A stretch of 64,000 bases of DNA, taken from positions 2,079 through 66,078 of the forward strand of contig VGXI01000001.1 of assembly GCA_016873475.1 (NCBI GenBank), written 5' to 3'. This stretch comes from a bacterium. GTDB lineage: Bacteria; Krumholzibacteriota; Krumholzibacteriia; JACNKJ01. Shown here piece after piece: positions 44,694-53,323 of the stretch. Position 1 is the first letter of the stretch; every line of letters starts with the position of its first letter. Position numbers and translations under genes: made by a program. Below the pieces are notes generated by a model. That model had not been told where the DNA came from. It did not search any database and was given only the letters and a program-made list of their open reading frames with translations.

Positions 44694-45803
44694 TCAGAAC
44701 GCCGTACTGACCCCCAGGCCCGGCTGCCCCGCCGGGGAGGCGAGCAGAGCGAGCTTCGGCACGCGCCCGCGCGGGCGCGAACCCTCTGGATGGCTGAGCA
44801 GCGCATCCATCGCGTTGACCACCCAGAGCCCGCCGGCCAGCGCGCCCAGGAGGTGGAGATCGTCCTTGGCCTGCTGCATGCGCTCCTGCAGGCGGCGCAG
44901 CCGCTCCGCCTCGCCGGCATCCAGACCGTCGGCGCTCAGGAAGCCACGCTCTTCGACGAGCACGCGCTCGTGCAACTCCCGCCGCCGATAGCTGTCCAGT
45001 GACTCCTGCGCGAGATAGGCCCCTGCGGCCAGATAGACACCCGAGCGCCACTGATGCCGGTAGGCCTGGCCCATCCCGGGCAAGATCAGCGACGCGAGCA
45101 CGGCCTTTCCGCGCGAGAGTCGCGGCACCTGCAGGCCCAGTTGCTGGCCGCGAATCTGGGCTTCGAGGGGACGGTTGAACCACCAGGACTCGAGCACGCC
45201 CAGGCCGAGGTAGACCCCCGTCGTCAACAGCTGCCGCTCCCGGTGGCGCTTCTGCTCCGACCAGAGGCCGAGGGCAATGCCGGCCTGACGCTCGTAGGCG
45301 GTCGGATCGTTCGCGTCCTCGGCGAGGGCGCGCCAGCGCTCGTAGTCCTCGAGGGCGGCGTCCCGATCATCGCTGGCCTGCACGATGCCTATCGCCAGGT
45401 AGGCTGCGGTGGCCAACTCCACGGTTCCGTGCAGGCGGCGATTCGAGAGCAGGCTGCCGCCACCGGGGAGCAGGGTGCCCAGGACAGCGCGGCGCGTCGC
45501 ATCGTTCGTCACCAGGGGGTGGCCCTGGGCGTCCCAGCCCAGGCGGGCCTGCCGCGACTCGAAGCCACGGCCGCCCGCGCGCAGGCGGGTGTAGGCCCCG
45601 GCCGCGTTCATGGTGAAAGGCGTCAGCGCGTTCAGAGGCCGGGCACCCTCCAGGCGCACGGGCAGACCGGCCTCGGTGGACAGAACGCCCAGTTCCTGCG
45701 CCGCGGCCGGTTTGCCCAGGAGGGCGGCAAGCGCGAGCAGGAGCGGCGGGAGCGCCAGGAAGAGTGCGCGCTGGGCGCGCCGGGGGGCGGTATCCGTCGT
45801 CAT
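44694..45803 (-). CDS. Secreted/membrane hypothetical protein (signal peptide; C-terminal LILPGMGQAYRHQWRSGVYLAAGAYLA segment)
   Basis: Signal peptide MTTDTAPRRAQRALFLALPPLLLALAALLGKPAAA. Consistent coding bias. Abuts the next gene (1-nt gap). Family not recognised. Confidence 0.45.
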   Translation of the reverse strand: MTTDTAPRRAQRALFLALPPLLLALAALLGKPAAAQELGVLSTEAGLPVRLEGARPLNALTPFTMNAAGAYTRLRAGGRGFESRQARLGWDAQGHPLVTNDATRRAVLGTLLPGGGSLLSNRRLHGTVELATAAYLAIGIVQASDDRDAALEDYERWRALAEDANDPTAYERQAGIALGLWSEQKRHRERQLLTTGVYLGLGVLESWWFNRPLEAQIRGQQLGLQVPRLSRGKAVLASLILPGMGQAYRHQWRSGVYLAAGAYLAQESLDSYRRRELHERVLVEERGFLSADGLDAGEAERLRRLQERMQQAKDDLHLLGALAGGLWVVNAMDALLSHPEGSRPRGRVPKLALLASPAGQPGLGVSTAF

Positions 45804-45804
45804 G

Positions 45805-46824
45805 TCAACTCCGGCCGGCTTCCAGCCCGGGTTCGCCGTCCCGGGCGGGGTTCAGGGTATCGAGACCGCTCCACAGCCGGGCGCCGAGGCGCCAGCGGCG
45901 ATCGAGCCAGACGAGCGCCAGCAGCCCCAGGGCCACGGCGAACCAGAGCGTGGTGGCGCGGATGAGCAGGGTTGCAGCCGCCGCCGGGCCAGCGGGCAGC
46001 CCGGCGCCGCGGCCCAGGAGGAGTGCGAGCGAGCCCTCGGTCACGCCCAGGCCCCCCGGCACGAAGGCCAGCGCGCCCAGGAGCGTGGCGAGCGAGTAGT
46101 AGCCAAGCGCTTGGCCCAGAGGCAAGGACTCGCCGAAGGCCCGGGCGGCGAAGACCAGCGCCCAGCCCTCCCAGAACCAGGCGAGCGCGCTGAGCAGGAG
46201 CAGCAGCGGCAGGTCTCGCGGACGCAGCAGGGCGCGAGTGCTCGCGAGAGCCCGCTCGAGGGACTCGCCGCGCGTGCGCAGCCCGGGGAGGCGCGCCAGC
46301 AGGCCGAGGAGCCAGCGCTCCAGCCCCGGCGCGAGCAGCAGCACGAGCAGGAGGAGTAGCAGGCCCAGGCCGAACAGCCAGGCGAGCCCGCCCTGGCGAC
46401 TGCTGTAGACGCCCAGCGTGGCCAGCAGCAGCAGGCCACCGAGATCCGTCAGCCGCTCGGCCAGAATCACCGGCGCCGTCCGCGCAAGGGCCGCACCCTG
46501 GAGATGCTTCAGGAGGACGGACTTGAAGACTTCGCCGAGCTTCCCCGGCGTCACCGAGAAGGTGAAGCCGCCGACGAAGACGCCCAGGCTGTCGCGGCGG
46601 GGCAGGCGCAGCCCGAGCCGGCGCAGGAAGAACTCCCAGCGCCCGAAGCGCGTGATGTAGTTGCCGAGCGAGAAGGCGAGCAAGAGCGGCAGCCAGAGCG
46701 GATTGAGCCGGCGCAGCGCGCCCAGGGTCGCGCCCAGATCCGCCGCCACGGCGAGGACGATCATCACCAGGAGCCCCGCGGCCAGCGACAGCCAGAGGGT
46801 GCGGCTCAGACCCCGGCTCGCCAT
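45805..46824 (-). CDS. Integral membrane protein of the UPF0104 / lysylphosphatidylglycerol-synthase-TM-domain (flippase-like) family
   Basis: 8 predicted TM helices. FTFSVTPGKLGEVFKSV motif typical of the family. 339 aa. Confidence 0.55.
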   Translation of the reverse strand: MASRGLSRTLWLSLAAGLLVMIVLAVAADLGATLGALRRLNPLWLPLLLAFSLGNYITRFGRWEFFLRRLGLRLPRRDSLGVFVGGFTFSVTPGKLGEVFKSVLLKHLQGAALARTAPVILAERLTDLGGLLLLATLGVYSSRQGGLAWLFGLGLLLLLLVLLLAPGLERWLLGLLARLPGLRTRGESLERALASTRALLRPRDLPLLLLLSALAWFWEGWALVFAARAFGESLPLGQALGYYSLATLLGALAFVPGGLGVTEGSLALLLGRGAGLPAGPAAAATLLIRATTLWFAVALGLLALVWLDRRWRLGARLWSGLDTLNPARDGEPGLEAGRS

Positions 46825-46827
46825 CGC

Positions 46828-47841
46828 TCAGCTGTTCCTCAGCAGGATGAAGCTTGTCAGCAGCGTGGCGATCGTCGTCAGGATGCCGAGGTTCGAGCGG
46901 ACCAGCGCCATGACCGCCGTTTGCCGCGGCACGAAGATCGTGTCGCCGGCCCGCACATCGGGGTTCTGGCTGTCGTCGGCATCGGCAAGGTACTCGCTGA
47001 CGTTGATCTCCAGGCGCAGCAGGCTGCCGTCGGGGCGCGGGCGGAGCAGCACCACCTTGCCCATGTTCGCGTCGCCGAGCGGCCCGCCGGCCTGCAGGAT
47101 GAAGCCGAGCACGTCGCTGGCGCCGGCCTCCAGGCGGTAGATGCCGGGGTGGAGCACCTGGCCGAAGACGTAGATGCCGTCCGATCCCACGTAGCCGGCC
47201 GGGTTCACGGGCCGGCGCGGCACCTCGACGGTCTCGCCGGGCGCCAGCGCTGGTAGATCGAGGACGCCCTCCTGCGCGGTGAGCGCCTCGAGGTTGTAGG
47301 TCTCGAGGACCTGCTGGCCGTCGCGGAGGCGATAGACGCGCACGTGGCTGAGGTCGCCGTCGGGAGCGACGCCCCCCGCCTCGCGAATCGCGCGCCAAAC
47401 ATCCGGCAGCGGCCAGACGGCGTAGCGGCCCGGCGTGGTGACGGCGCCGATCACATAGAAGGCCTTGCTGTTGTAGGCCGTCAGCTCGAGGGAGACGCGG
47501 TTCACGGTGCGGTGGAAGACCTGGATGCGCTCGACGATCTCCGCCTCGATCTCGGGCGCCGTGCGCCCGCCGGCCTGGACGTCGCCGATCAGCGGCACCG
47601 TCAGGCGACCGTTCTCATCGACGGTCAGGCTGCGATCCAGGTCGGGAACCTGCCAGACCCGCAGGGCGAGCTGGTCACCGGGGCCGAGTCGATAGACCGG
47701 CGGCTCGCCCTGGGCAAAGCCGTGGGTTGGCCCCGCCGTCGCAATCAGGAGCAGGAGGAGGCAGAACGAAGCGGGTCGGAGACAGCGCAGCGCGCAGGCG
47801 CGAACCAAAGCGCGCGCGCAAGTGGACTTGCGTTCAGGCAT
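46828..47841 (-). CDS. Polysaccharide biosynthesis/export protein (Wza-like: Poly_export + SLBB domains)
   Basis: YRLGPGDQLALRVWQVPDL Poly_export signature. SLBB-like repeats. C-terminal TM. Start refined to MPERKST (M51 of the track ORF). Confidence 0.75.
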   Translation of the reverse strand: MPERKSTCARALVRACALRCLRPASFCLLLLLIATAGPTHGFAQGEPPVYRLGPGDQLALRVWQVPDLDRSLTVDENGRLTVPLIGDVQAGGRTAPEIEAEIVERIQVFHRTVNRVSLELTAYNSKAFYVIGAVTTPGRYAVWPLPDVWRAIREAGGVAPDGDLSHVRVYRLRDGQQVLETYNLEALTAQEGVLDLPALAPGETVEVPRRPVNPAGYVGSDGIYVFGQVLHPGIYRLEAGASDVLGFILQAGGPLGDANMGKVVLLRPRPDGSLLRLEINVSEYLADADDSQNPDVRAGDTIFVPRQTAVMALVRSNLGILTTIATLLTSFILLRNS

Positions 47842-48045
47842 CTTCCCCCCCGAGTGGAATTCCAAGGCACAGTAAGCAGCGCTACAGACAGTGTCTAGTG
47901 CTTTGTCGGACACTCCTTCGCAACGCAGCGATAGCCCGGGGCGCACCAGGACACCGGCCGCTCCTTCGCGGCACCCCGAGACACTTCTCAAACAGGAGGG
48001 CCAACTCCTTATTCGCTTTTCTTACCGCCGGATCCGTCCCGCCGC

Positions 48046-48074
48046 TTGCATGGAGATCACAGGGCCCTTACAAT
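48046..48074 (+). promoter_or_regulatory. Sigma70-like promoter TTGCAT - 17 nt - TACAAT upstream of the PEP-CTERM gene (approximate coordinates)
   Basis: cgcTTGCATggagatcacagggcccTTACAATtatggg, about 60 nt upstream of the ATG at 48138. Confidence 0.4.
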
Positions 48075-48137
48075 TATGGGCTAAGCTGACCCGCCTCGCG
48101 GGTGCGCGATACCCCACTCTTCGTTGAGGATGGCACT

Positions 48138-48485
48138 ATGCTGAAACGCGTTCTGATCCTGTCCAGTCTGCTCATGCTTCTCGCTCTCAGCGCCAGCGCT
48201 GGCGTCGATCAGATCATCACCGGCAGCGGGGAGTTCGGCAACGAGCACTTCGGTACCGGCGAGATGCCGACCGACAACCAGTCCGATCTCTTCGTGAAGG
48301 GCAACAGCCAGCCCAACGACCAGGGCGATAGCGGCGGCCCGCTGGACTCGCCGAGCGGCCCGATCGATCCCCAGGGCGAGCCCCCGGTCGGCGACAGCGC
48401 GCCGGTCCCGGAGCCGGCCACGGGCATCATGCTCGGGATGGGCGTTCTGGGCCTGGCCCGTCTGATTCGCCGCAAGGCCGAGTAG
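48138..48485 (+). CDS. PEP-CTERM sorting-domain protein (putative exosortase substrate)
   Basis: Signal peptide MLKRVLILSSLLMLLALSASAG. Low-complexity Gly/Asp/Pro region. C-terminal VPEPATGIMLGMGVLGLARLIRRKAE (PEP motif + TM + basic tail). Confidence 0.75.
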   Translation: MLKRVLILSSLLMLLALSASAGVDQIITGSGEFGNEHFGTGEMPTDNQSDLFVKGNSQPNDQGDSGGPLDSPSGPIDPQGEPPVGDSAPVPEPATGIMLGMGVLGLARLIRRKAE

Positions 48486-48507
48486 AGCCTAGCCACGCAC
48501 GCGAGGA

Positions 48508-48547
48508 GAGGCCGCTTCCCGAAGGGGAGGCGGCCTTTCGGCATTCT
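48508..48547. terminator. Intrinsic terminator-like hairpin (11-bp GC stem, GAAG loop) followed by a T-rich stretch; between convergent genes (approximate coordinates)
   Basis: aggccgcttccc-gaag-gggaggcggcct then TTTCggcaTTcTc. Sits between the PEP-CTERM gene stop (48485) and the ligase gene stop (48560). Confidence 0.5.
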
Positions 48548-48559
48548 CGGCGGAGCGCC

Positions 48560-50092
48560 CTAGCGCTCGGCCTCGAGCTGGGCCTGGATCAGGTGCTTGC
48601 GGATCTTGCCGGAGCTGGTGCGGGGCAGCTCCTCGAAGAAGCGGGCGGCCTGGGGCTGCTTCCAGTGGGGCAGTCGCCGCTTCAGGTGGTTCAGCACGGT
48701 CGCCTCGTCCAGCGCGGCCGCCGGCCCCGGCACCAGGCAAACCACCATCTTCTCGCCGAGGAGGTCGTCGCTGACGCCGACCACCGCGCAGGCCAGCACC
48801 CCCTCCAGCTCCTGGACGATGTCCTCGATCTCCTTCGGGTTGATCCGGAAGGCCCCGCTCTTGATCATGTCCTTCTCCCGGCCGACTACCCAGAGGTAGC
48901 CCTCCTCGTCCGCCCGGGCGAGATCCCCGGTCCAGAGGCGACCCTCGCTGTCGATCACCTTCGCCGTCTCGGCCGGGTCCTGCCAATAGCCCGCCATGAT
49001 GTTCTCGCCCGCGGCGACGATCTCGCCCGTCTCGCCCGGGGGCACGGCCCGGCCGTCCTTGTCGAGCACGGCGAGCGTGACGCCCGGGATGCCGCGGCCG
49101 ATCGAACCCGGCTTGCGGTCCACGTCCGCGGGCGGCAGGTAGGAGAGCCGCGCGGTGCCCTCGGTCTGCCCGTACATGACGATCGGCTTCGCCTGGGGCA
49201 GCATCCCGCGCAGGCGGGCCAGGCCAGCGGGCGGCAGGGCGCCGCCGGCCGTCGCGAAGTAGCGCAGGCTCGGAATCCCCGTCTCGGGCAGACGGCTCCT
49301 CTGCATCAGGATGTTGAAGGTCGAGGCAACGCCGGGCAGGCCGGTCACCCGTTCGCGCAGGGCGGTGTCGAGGACGGTGTTCGGAAAGCCGAAGCGGTTG
49401 TCGACGACCAGGCAGCCCCCCACCGCCGCGTGCGTGAGCAGCAGCGAGTGGCCGTACGAGTAGTAGAAGGGCAGCAGCACGAGGCAGCGCTCGCTCTCGT
49501 CCAGGCGCAGGTACTCGTTGATCGAGTCGGTGTTGGCGATCAGGTTGCGCTGGGTCAGGCAGACGCCCTTCGGCGCCCCCGTGGTGCCAGAGGTGTAGAG
49601 GATCATCGCCAGGTCGCCCGCCGCCGGCCCCTGCAGGTCGAGCGGCTCGCCTTCCGCCGCATCGAGCAGACCCGTCTCGCCCGGCAGCGGCGTCTCGAGG
49701 GGCGCGTCCAGCAGGATCCGCGGCGGGAGCAGGGTCCGGTCCAGCCCGGCCGCGAAGCGGCGCAGGAACTTCTCCTGGGCGACCAGCAGCGCTGGCGCGC
49801 AGTCGGCCAGCACCTTGTTGACGTAGGCCTCGTCGTTCACCGGATTGAGCGCGACGAGCACCGCGCCCAGGCGCATCACGGCGAAGTAGATCTGCGCGTA
49901 GGCGGGCGAGTTCTCCCAGAGCAGGGCGACGCGATCGCCCGGCTGGATCCCGAGCGCCTGGAGCCGCGCCGTCAGCGCGCCGGCGCGGCGGGCGAGGGTC
50001 GCGTAGGTCCAGCGCTCGTCGCCCTGTACGATGGCCTCGCGCCCGGCGTGCCTGCACTGCGTTGCGGTGAGATACTCCCAGACCGCGTTCAT
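48560..50092 (-). CDS. AMP-dependent acyl-CoA/acyl-ACP ligase (exosortase/EPS-locus-associated type)
   Basis: AMP-binding motifs LYTSGTTGAPKGV, YGQTEG, GDLARADEEGYLWVVGREKDMIKSGAFRI, SSGKIRK. Start refined to MNAVWEY (M15 of the track ORF). Confidence 0.8.
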   Translation of the reverse strand: MNAVWEYLTATQCRHAGREAIVQGDERWTYATLARRAGALTARLQALGIQPGDRVALLWENSPAYAQIYFAVMRLGAVLVALNPVNDEAYVNKVLADCAPALLVAQEKFLRRFAAGLDRTLLPPRILLDAPLETPLPGETGLLDAAEGEPLDLQGPAAGDLAMILYTSGTTGAPKGVCLTQRNLIANTDSINEYLRLDESERCLVLLPFYYSYGHSLLLTHAAVGGCLVVDNRFGFPNTVLDTALRERVTGLPGVASTFNILMQRSRLPETGIPSLRYFATAGGALPPAGLARLRGMLPQAKPIVMYGQTEGTARLSYLPPADVDRKPGSIGRGIPGVTLAVLDKDGRAVPPGETGEIVAAGENIMAGYWQDPAETAKVIDSEGRLWTGDLARADEEGYLWVVGREKDMIKSGAFRINPKEIEDIVQELEGVLACAVVGVSDDLLGEKMVVCLVPGPAAALDEATVLNHLKRRLPHWKQPQAARFFEELPRTSSGKIRKHLIQAQLEAER

Positions 50093-50102
50093 GGCCGGTC
50101 GT

Positions 50103-50348
50103 CTAGCCGAGCTTGCCCTGGACGAAGCCGGCAACCTTGGCGATGGAGTCGAAGTTGTCGGGCGTCAGCTCGCTGTCCTGGACGCCGATCCCCCACTCCG
50201 ATTCGACGAACTCCAGCAGCTCCATGATGCCCGTGGAGTCGATGACCCGCGTCTCCATGAAGGAGTCGCTGTTCTTGAAGTTGGGGTCGTCCTTGCCCGC
50301 CAGGAAGTTCTCGACGATGAACTGGCGGATGGCGCTTTCCATGCTCAC
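50103..50348 (-). CDS. Acyl carrier protein (phosphopantetheine-binding)
   Basis: 81 aa with an IDSTGIMELL phosphopantetheine-attachment motif. Sits between the amidotransferase and the ligase. Confidence 0.8.
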   Translation of the reverse strand: MSMESAIRQFIVENFLAGKDDPNFKNSDSFMETRVIDSTGIMELLEFVESEWGIGVQDSELTPDNFDSIAKVAGFVQGKLG

Positions 50349-50356
50349 GGCCTACC

Positions 50357-52354
50357 TCAGAGGGCCGCGGGACTGCCCAGCGGCAGCGCCTCGCGGAAGC
50401 TGGCATCCGGCGCGCTCGCCGCCGCCGGATTGCCGTCGATGAAGCTGTGTACCAGCAGCTGCGTGGAGAGAATCCCCACGAGCAGCATGTTGTCGCGAAA
50501 CCCGATCTGCGTTCCCCGCCGGCGCTGCAGCTTGGCGGCGAGGGCCGCCACCGCCTGCGGGTCGAAGAGACCATAGCGGGCGAGGCGCTGGCCATCAAGC
50601 ATCTCCGCTACCCAGTCCGGTGCGCCCTCGGCGAAGAAGCAGGGCGCGTCCGGCGCCATGTAGGGCTGCTTGGGGCGCTCGAGCACGGCGTCCGGCAGCA
50701 CGCCGCGCGCCGCGCGCTTCAGCAGGTCCTTCTCATGGAGGACGGGCAGGCGCAGGCGCCAGGGCAGCGTCGCCGCGAAGGCCGCCACGTCGCGGTCGAG
50801 ATAGGGGAAGCGCCCCTCGACGCTGTGCGCCATCGCGGGCCGGTCGCCTTGGCTGCTCAGCAGGTAGCCCCCGAGCAGGGTCTCGCTCTCCAGGAGCTGC
50901 GCGCGGTCGAGCCAGTTCCAGCGCTCGAAGTCGGCCGGCAGGCCGTCCAGGTACTCCGCGTCCCAGTCGCTCACCCGCGCGAGCAGGGCGGCCGGCTCGG
51001 GCTGCAGGTAGTTGTCGAGCACGCCGAGGTTCGTTTCCCAGCGGGGGCGGTGGCTGAAGCCGCGGTCGGCCGGGTCGTGGATCCAGCGGCCGTAGTACTG
51101 GTGCAGGTAGTCGGCGCGGCCGGCGCGCGCGAGCACGGGGCTGGTCGGGTACAGGCGCGTGAGCAGCAGCGGGCGCAGGCGGCTCTCGGGCCGGCGCGCC
51201 CACCAGTGGCGGATCTTGGCGTCCTTGAAGAGGTCGTAGCCGGCCAGCACCTCGTCGGCGCCCTCGCCGGTGAGGACGACCTTCACGCCCACCTCGCGCA
51301 CCTTCTCGGCGAGCAGCATCAGCGGCGTCGGCGCCGTGCGCAGGACGGGCTTCTCGCTGTGCCGGACGAGGCGCGGGAAGGCGGCCGCGATGTCGGCGCC
51401 GCTCACCTCGACGAAGTGGTGGCGGCTCCCGAGTTGCTTCACCATCAGGTCCTGGTAGCGCCGCTCGTCGAAGACCTGGTCGGTGAAGCGGATCGAGAAG
51501 GTGTGCATGCCGGGGTTCTCGTCCCGGATCAGCGAGGCGAGCAGGGAGCTGTCGATGCCCCCGCTGACGTAGGCGCCCACCGGCACGTCGGCGCGCAGGC
51601 GCAGGCTGGTCGCGCGGCGCAGGACCTCGCGCAGGGCCTCGGCGGCCTCCTCGGGGCGGCGCGGCGCGGGCTCGCCGCTGCGGAAGGGGAAGCGCCACCA
51701 GCGCTCCTCGCGCCAGCGGCCGTCGGCGTCCAGGCGCGCCCAGTGGCCGGCCTTCAGCTCGCCGATGTCCGCGAAGGCCGTGCGACCGGGCAGCGGCGTC
51801 CAGTAGCGGAACAGCTGGAGCAGGGCCTCCCGATCCAGCGCGCGGGGTACCTCGGGATGCGCGAAGAGGGCCTTCACCTCCGAGGCGAAGGCGAAGACGC
51901 CCTCGCCCCGCCAGTAGTGCACGGGCCGGATGCCGAAGCGGTCGCGGGCCAGCAAGAGCGAGCCCTCGCGGGCGTCCCAGAGGGCGAGGGCGAACTGCCC
52001 GTTCAGGCGCGGCAGGGCCGCCGGCCCGCCGATCATCAGCATGCGCAGCAGCACTTCCGTGTCGCTGGTGGTGTGGAAGCGGTGGCCGGCGGCCTCGAGC
52101 TCGGCGCGCAGCTCGATGTAGTTGAAGATCTCCCCGTTGAAGACGAGCCAGTAGCGCCCGCTGGGGTCGGCCATCGGCTGGTCGCCACTCGTGAGGTCGA
52201 TGATCGCCAGGCGGCTGTGGCCGAGCGCGGCCGCGCCCTCGACGCGGACGCCGAAGCCGTCCGGGCCGCGGTGGCCCAGCGTGGCCGTCATGCGCCGGAG
52301 CACTCCGGGATCGGGCGCGCGCCGCCGATCGACGAATCCCGCGATGCCGCACAT
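50357..52354 (-). CDS. Asparagine synthase (glutamine-hydrolysing) family amidotransferase (AsnB homolog, exosortase-system-associated type)
   Basis: N-terminal MCGIAGFV class-II glutamine amidotransferase nucleophile followed by an asparagine-synthase domain (SGGIDSS PP-loop). The start overlaps the upstream stop. The track's N-terminal 80 aa are junk. Confidence 0.8.
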   Translation of the reverse strand: MCGIAGFVDRRRAPDPGVLRRMTATLGHRGPDGFGVRVEGAAALGHSRLAIIDLTSGDQPMADPSGRYWLVFNGEIFNYIELRAELEAAGHRFHTTSDTEVLLRMLMIGGPAALPRLNGQFALALWDAREGSLLLARDRFGIRPVHYWRGEGVFAFASEVKALFAHPEVPRALDREALLQLFRYWTPLPGRTAFADIGELKAGHWARLDADGRWREERWWRFPFRSGEPAPRRPEEAAEALREVLRRATSLRLRADVPVGAYVSGGIDSSLLASLIRDENPGMHTFSIRFTDQVFDERRYQDLMVKQLGSRHHFVEVSGADIAAAFPRLVRHSEKPVLRTAPTPLMLLAEKVREVGVKVVLTGEGADEVLAGYDLFKDAKIRHWWARRPESRLRPLLLTRLYPTSPVLARAGRADYLHQYYGRWIHDPADRGFSHRPRWETNLGVLDNYLQPEPAALLARVSDWDAEYLDGLPADFERWNWLDRAQLLESETLLGGYLLSSQGDRPAMAHSVEGRFPYLDRDVAAFAATLPWRLRLPVLHEKDLLKRAARGVLPDAVLERPKQPYMAPDAPCFFAEGAPDWVAEMLDGQRLARYGLFDPQAVAALAAKLQRRRGTQIGFRDNMLLVGILSTQLLVHSFIDGNPAAASAPDASFREALPLGSPAAL

Positions 52355-53310
52355 CAGGCGCCGCCTCCCGCGTTGGGGCTCTGCTCCTCGAGCCGTTCGA
52401 GGATGTCCCGGTACAGGAGCAGCTCCAGCTCGTCGCGCCGCTCGGCCATGCGCGCGAGCAGCGCTTCGAAGCCCGCGAGCTGGGGCAGGTCCCAGGGGTC
52501 GAGGTAGATGTTCACGTAGTTGCCGTAGGCCAGCGCCGCCTCGGCCGTCTCCCAGAGCAGCGCGCAGAACTCCTGCGCCGTGTCGTGGCTCCACTTGTAG
52601 AAGGGATGCCCCACGTGCAGGCTGTGCCAGGTGTCGAGCACGGTGAGCGGGTGCTTCGGGCAGGTCGTGAGCGGAAACTCCCAGATGCCCTGCGGTCCGC
52701 GGAAGGGCCGGCCGCCCGTCGGCGAGCCGGTCATCAGCGTGGAGGAGTCGAAGCGGTAGCCCAGCTCGGCGAGGATGCCATAGATCTCCGGCGTGAAGAG
52801 GTCCTTGAAGTGCGGGATGCGGCAGCCCGCGCAGTCCACGCCCATCACCTGGCGGATCACCTCGTGGGCCCGAGCCACTTCTTCCTTCTTCTCCTCGCGC
52901 GAGATGAGGCGGAACTTGCGGCCGGGGTTGATCTCCTCGTTGTCCGGGTGGCTGTAGGTGTGGTTGACGATCTCGTGCCCGTCCTCGAGCAGGGCCTTGT
53001 GCAGGTCCGGGTAGCGCTCGACCCAGAGACCGACCACCGCGAAGCTGGCTCGGATGCGGTAGCGCTTGAGCAGCGCGACGACGTAGGGGTAGGCCTCGAC
53101 GTCCTTGCTGTAGTCGCAGTCGAAGCTGAGCGTGAGCGCGCCGCGGCCGCGCAGCCAGCCGAGGGGCTTCTGCTCCGTCAGCCGCATGAAGGACCTGAAG
53201 AGGCGGCGCGGCGCCAGCACCGTGGTGGCCGCCATCAAGGGCCGCGACTCGTGGTGCGCGACCACGAAGCGCTGCAGGCGGCTGAGCGACGGCATCTCGG
53301 TGGGCTTCAT
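52354..53310 (-). CDS. Polysaccharide deacetylase (NodB/CE4 family)
   Basis: LTLSFDCDYSKD...FAVVGLWVERYPDLHKALLEDGHEIVNHTYSHP matches NodB-homology motifs. Start refined to MKPTEMPS with GAGGAAG RBS. Confidence 0.7.
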   Translation of the reverse strand: MKPTEMPSLSRLQRFVVAHHESRPLMAATTVLAPRRLFRSFMRLTEQKPLGWLRGRGALTLSFDCDYSKDVEAYPYVVALLKRYRIRASFAVVGLWVERYPDLHKALLEDGHEIVNHTYSHPDNEEINPGRKFRLISREEKKEEVARAHEVIRQVMGVDCAGCRIPHFKDLFTPEIYGILAELGYRFDSSTLMTGSPTGGRPFRGPQGIWEFPLTTCPKHPLTVLDTWHSLHVGHPFYKWSHDTAQEFCALLWETAEAALAYGNYVNIYLDPWDLPQLAGFEALLARMAERRDELELLLYRDILERLEEQSPNAGGGA

Positions 53311-53323
53311 CGGGCTTCCTCGT

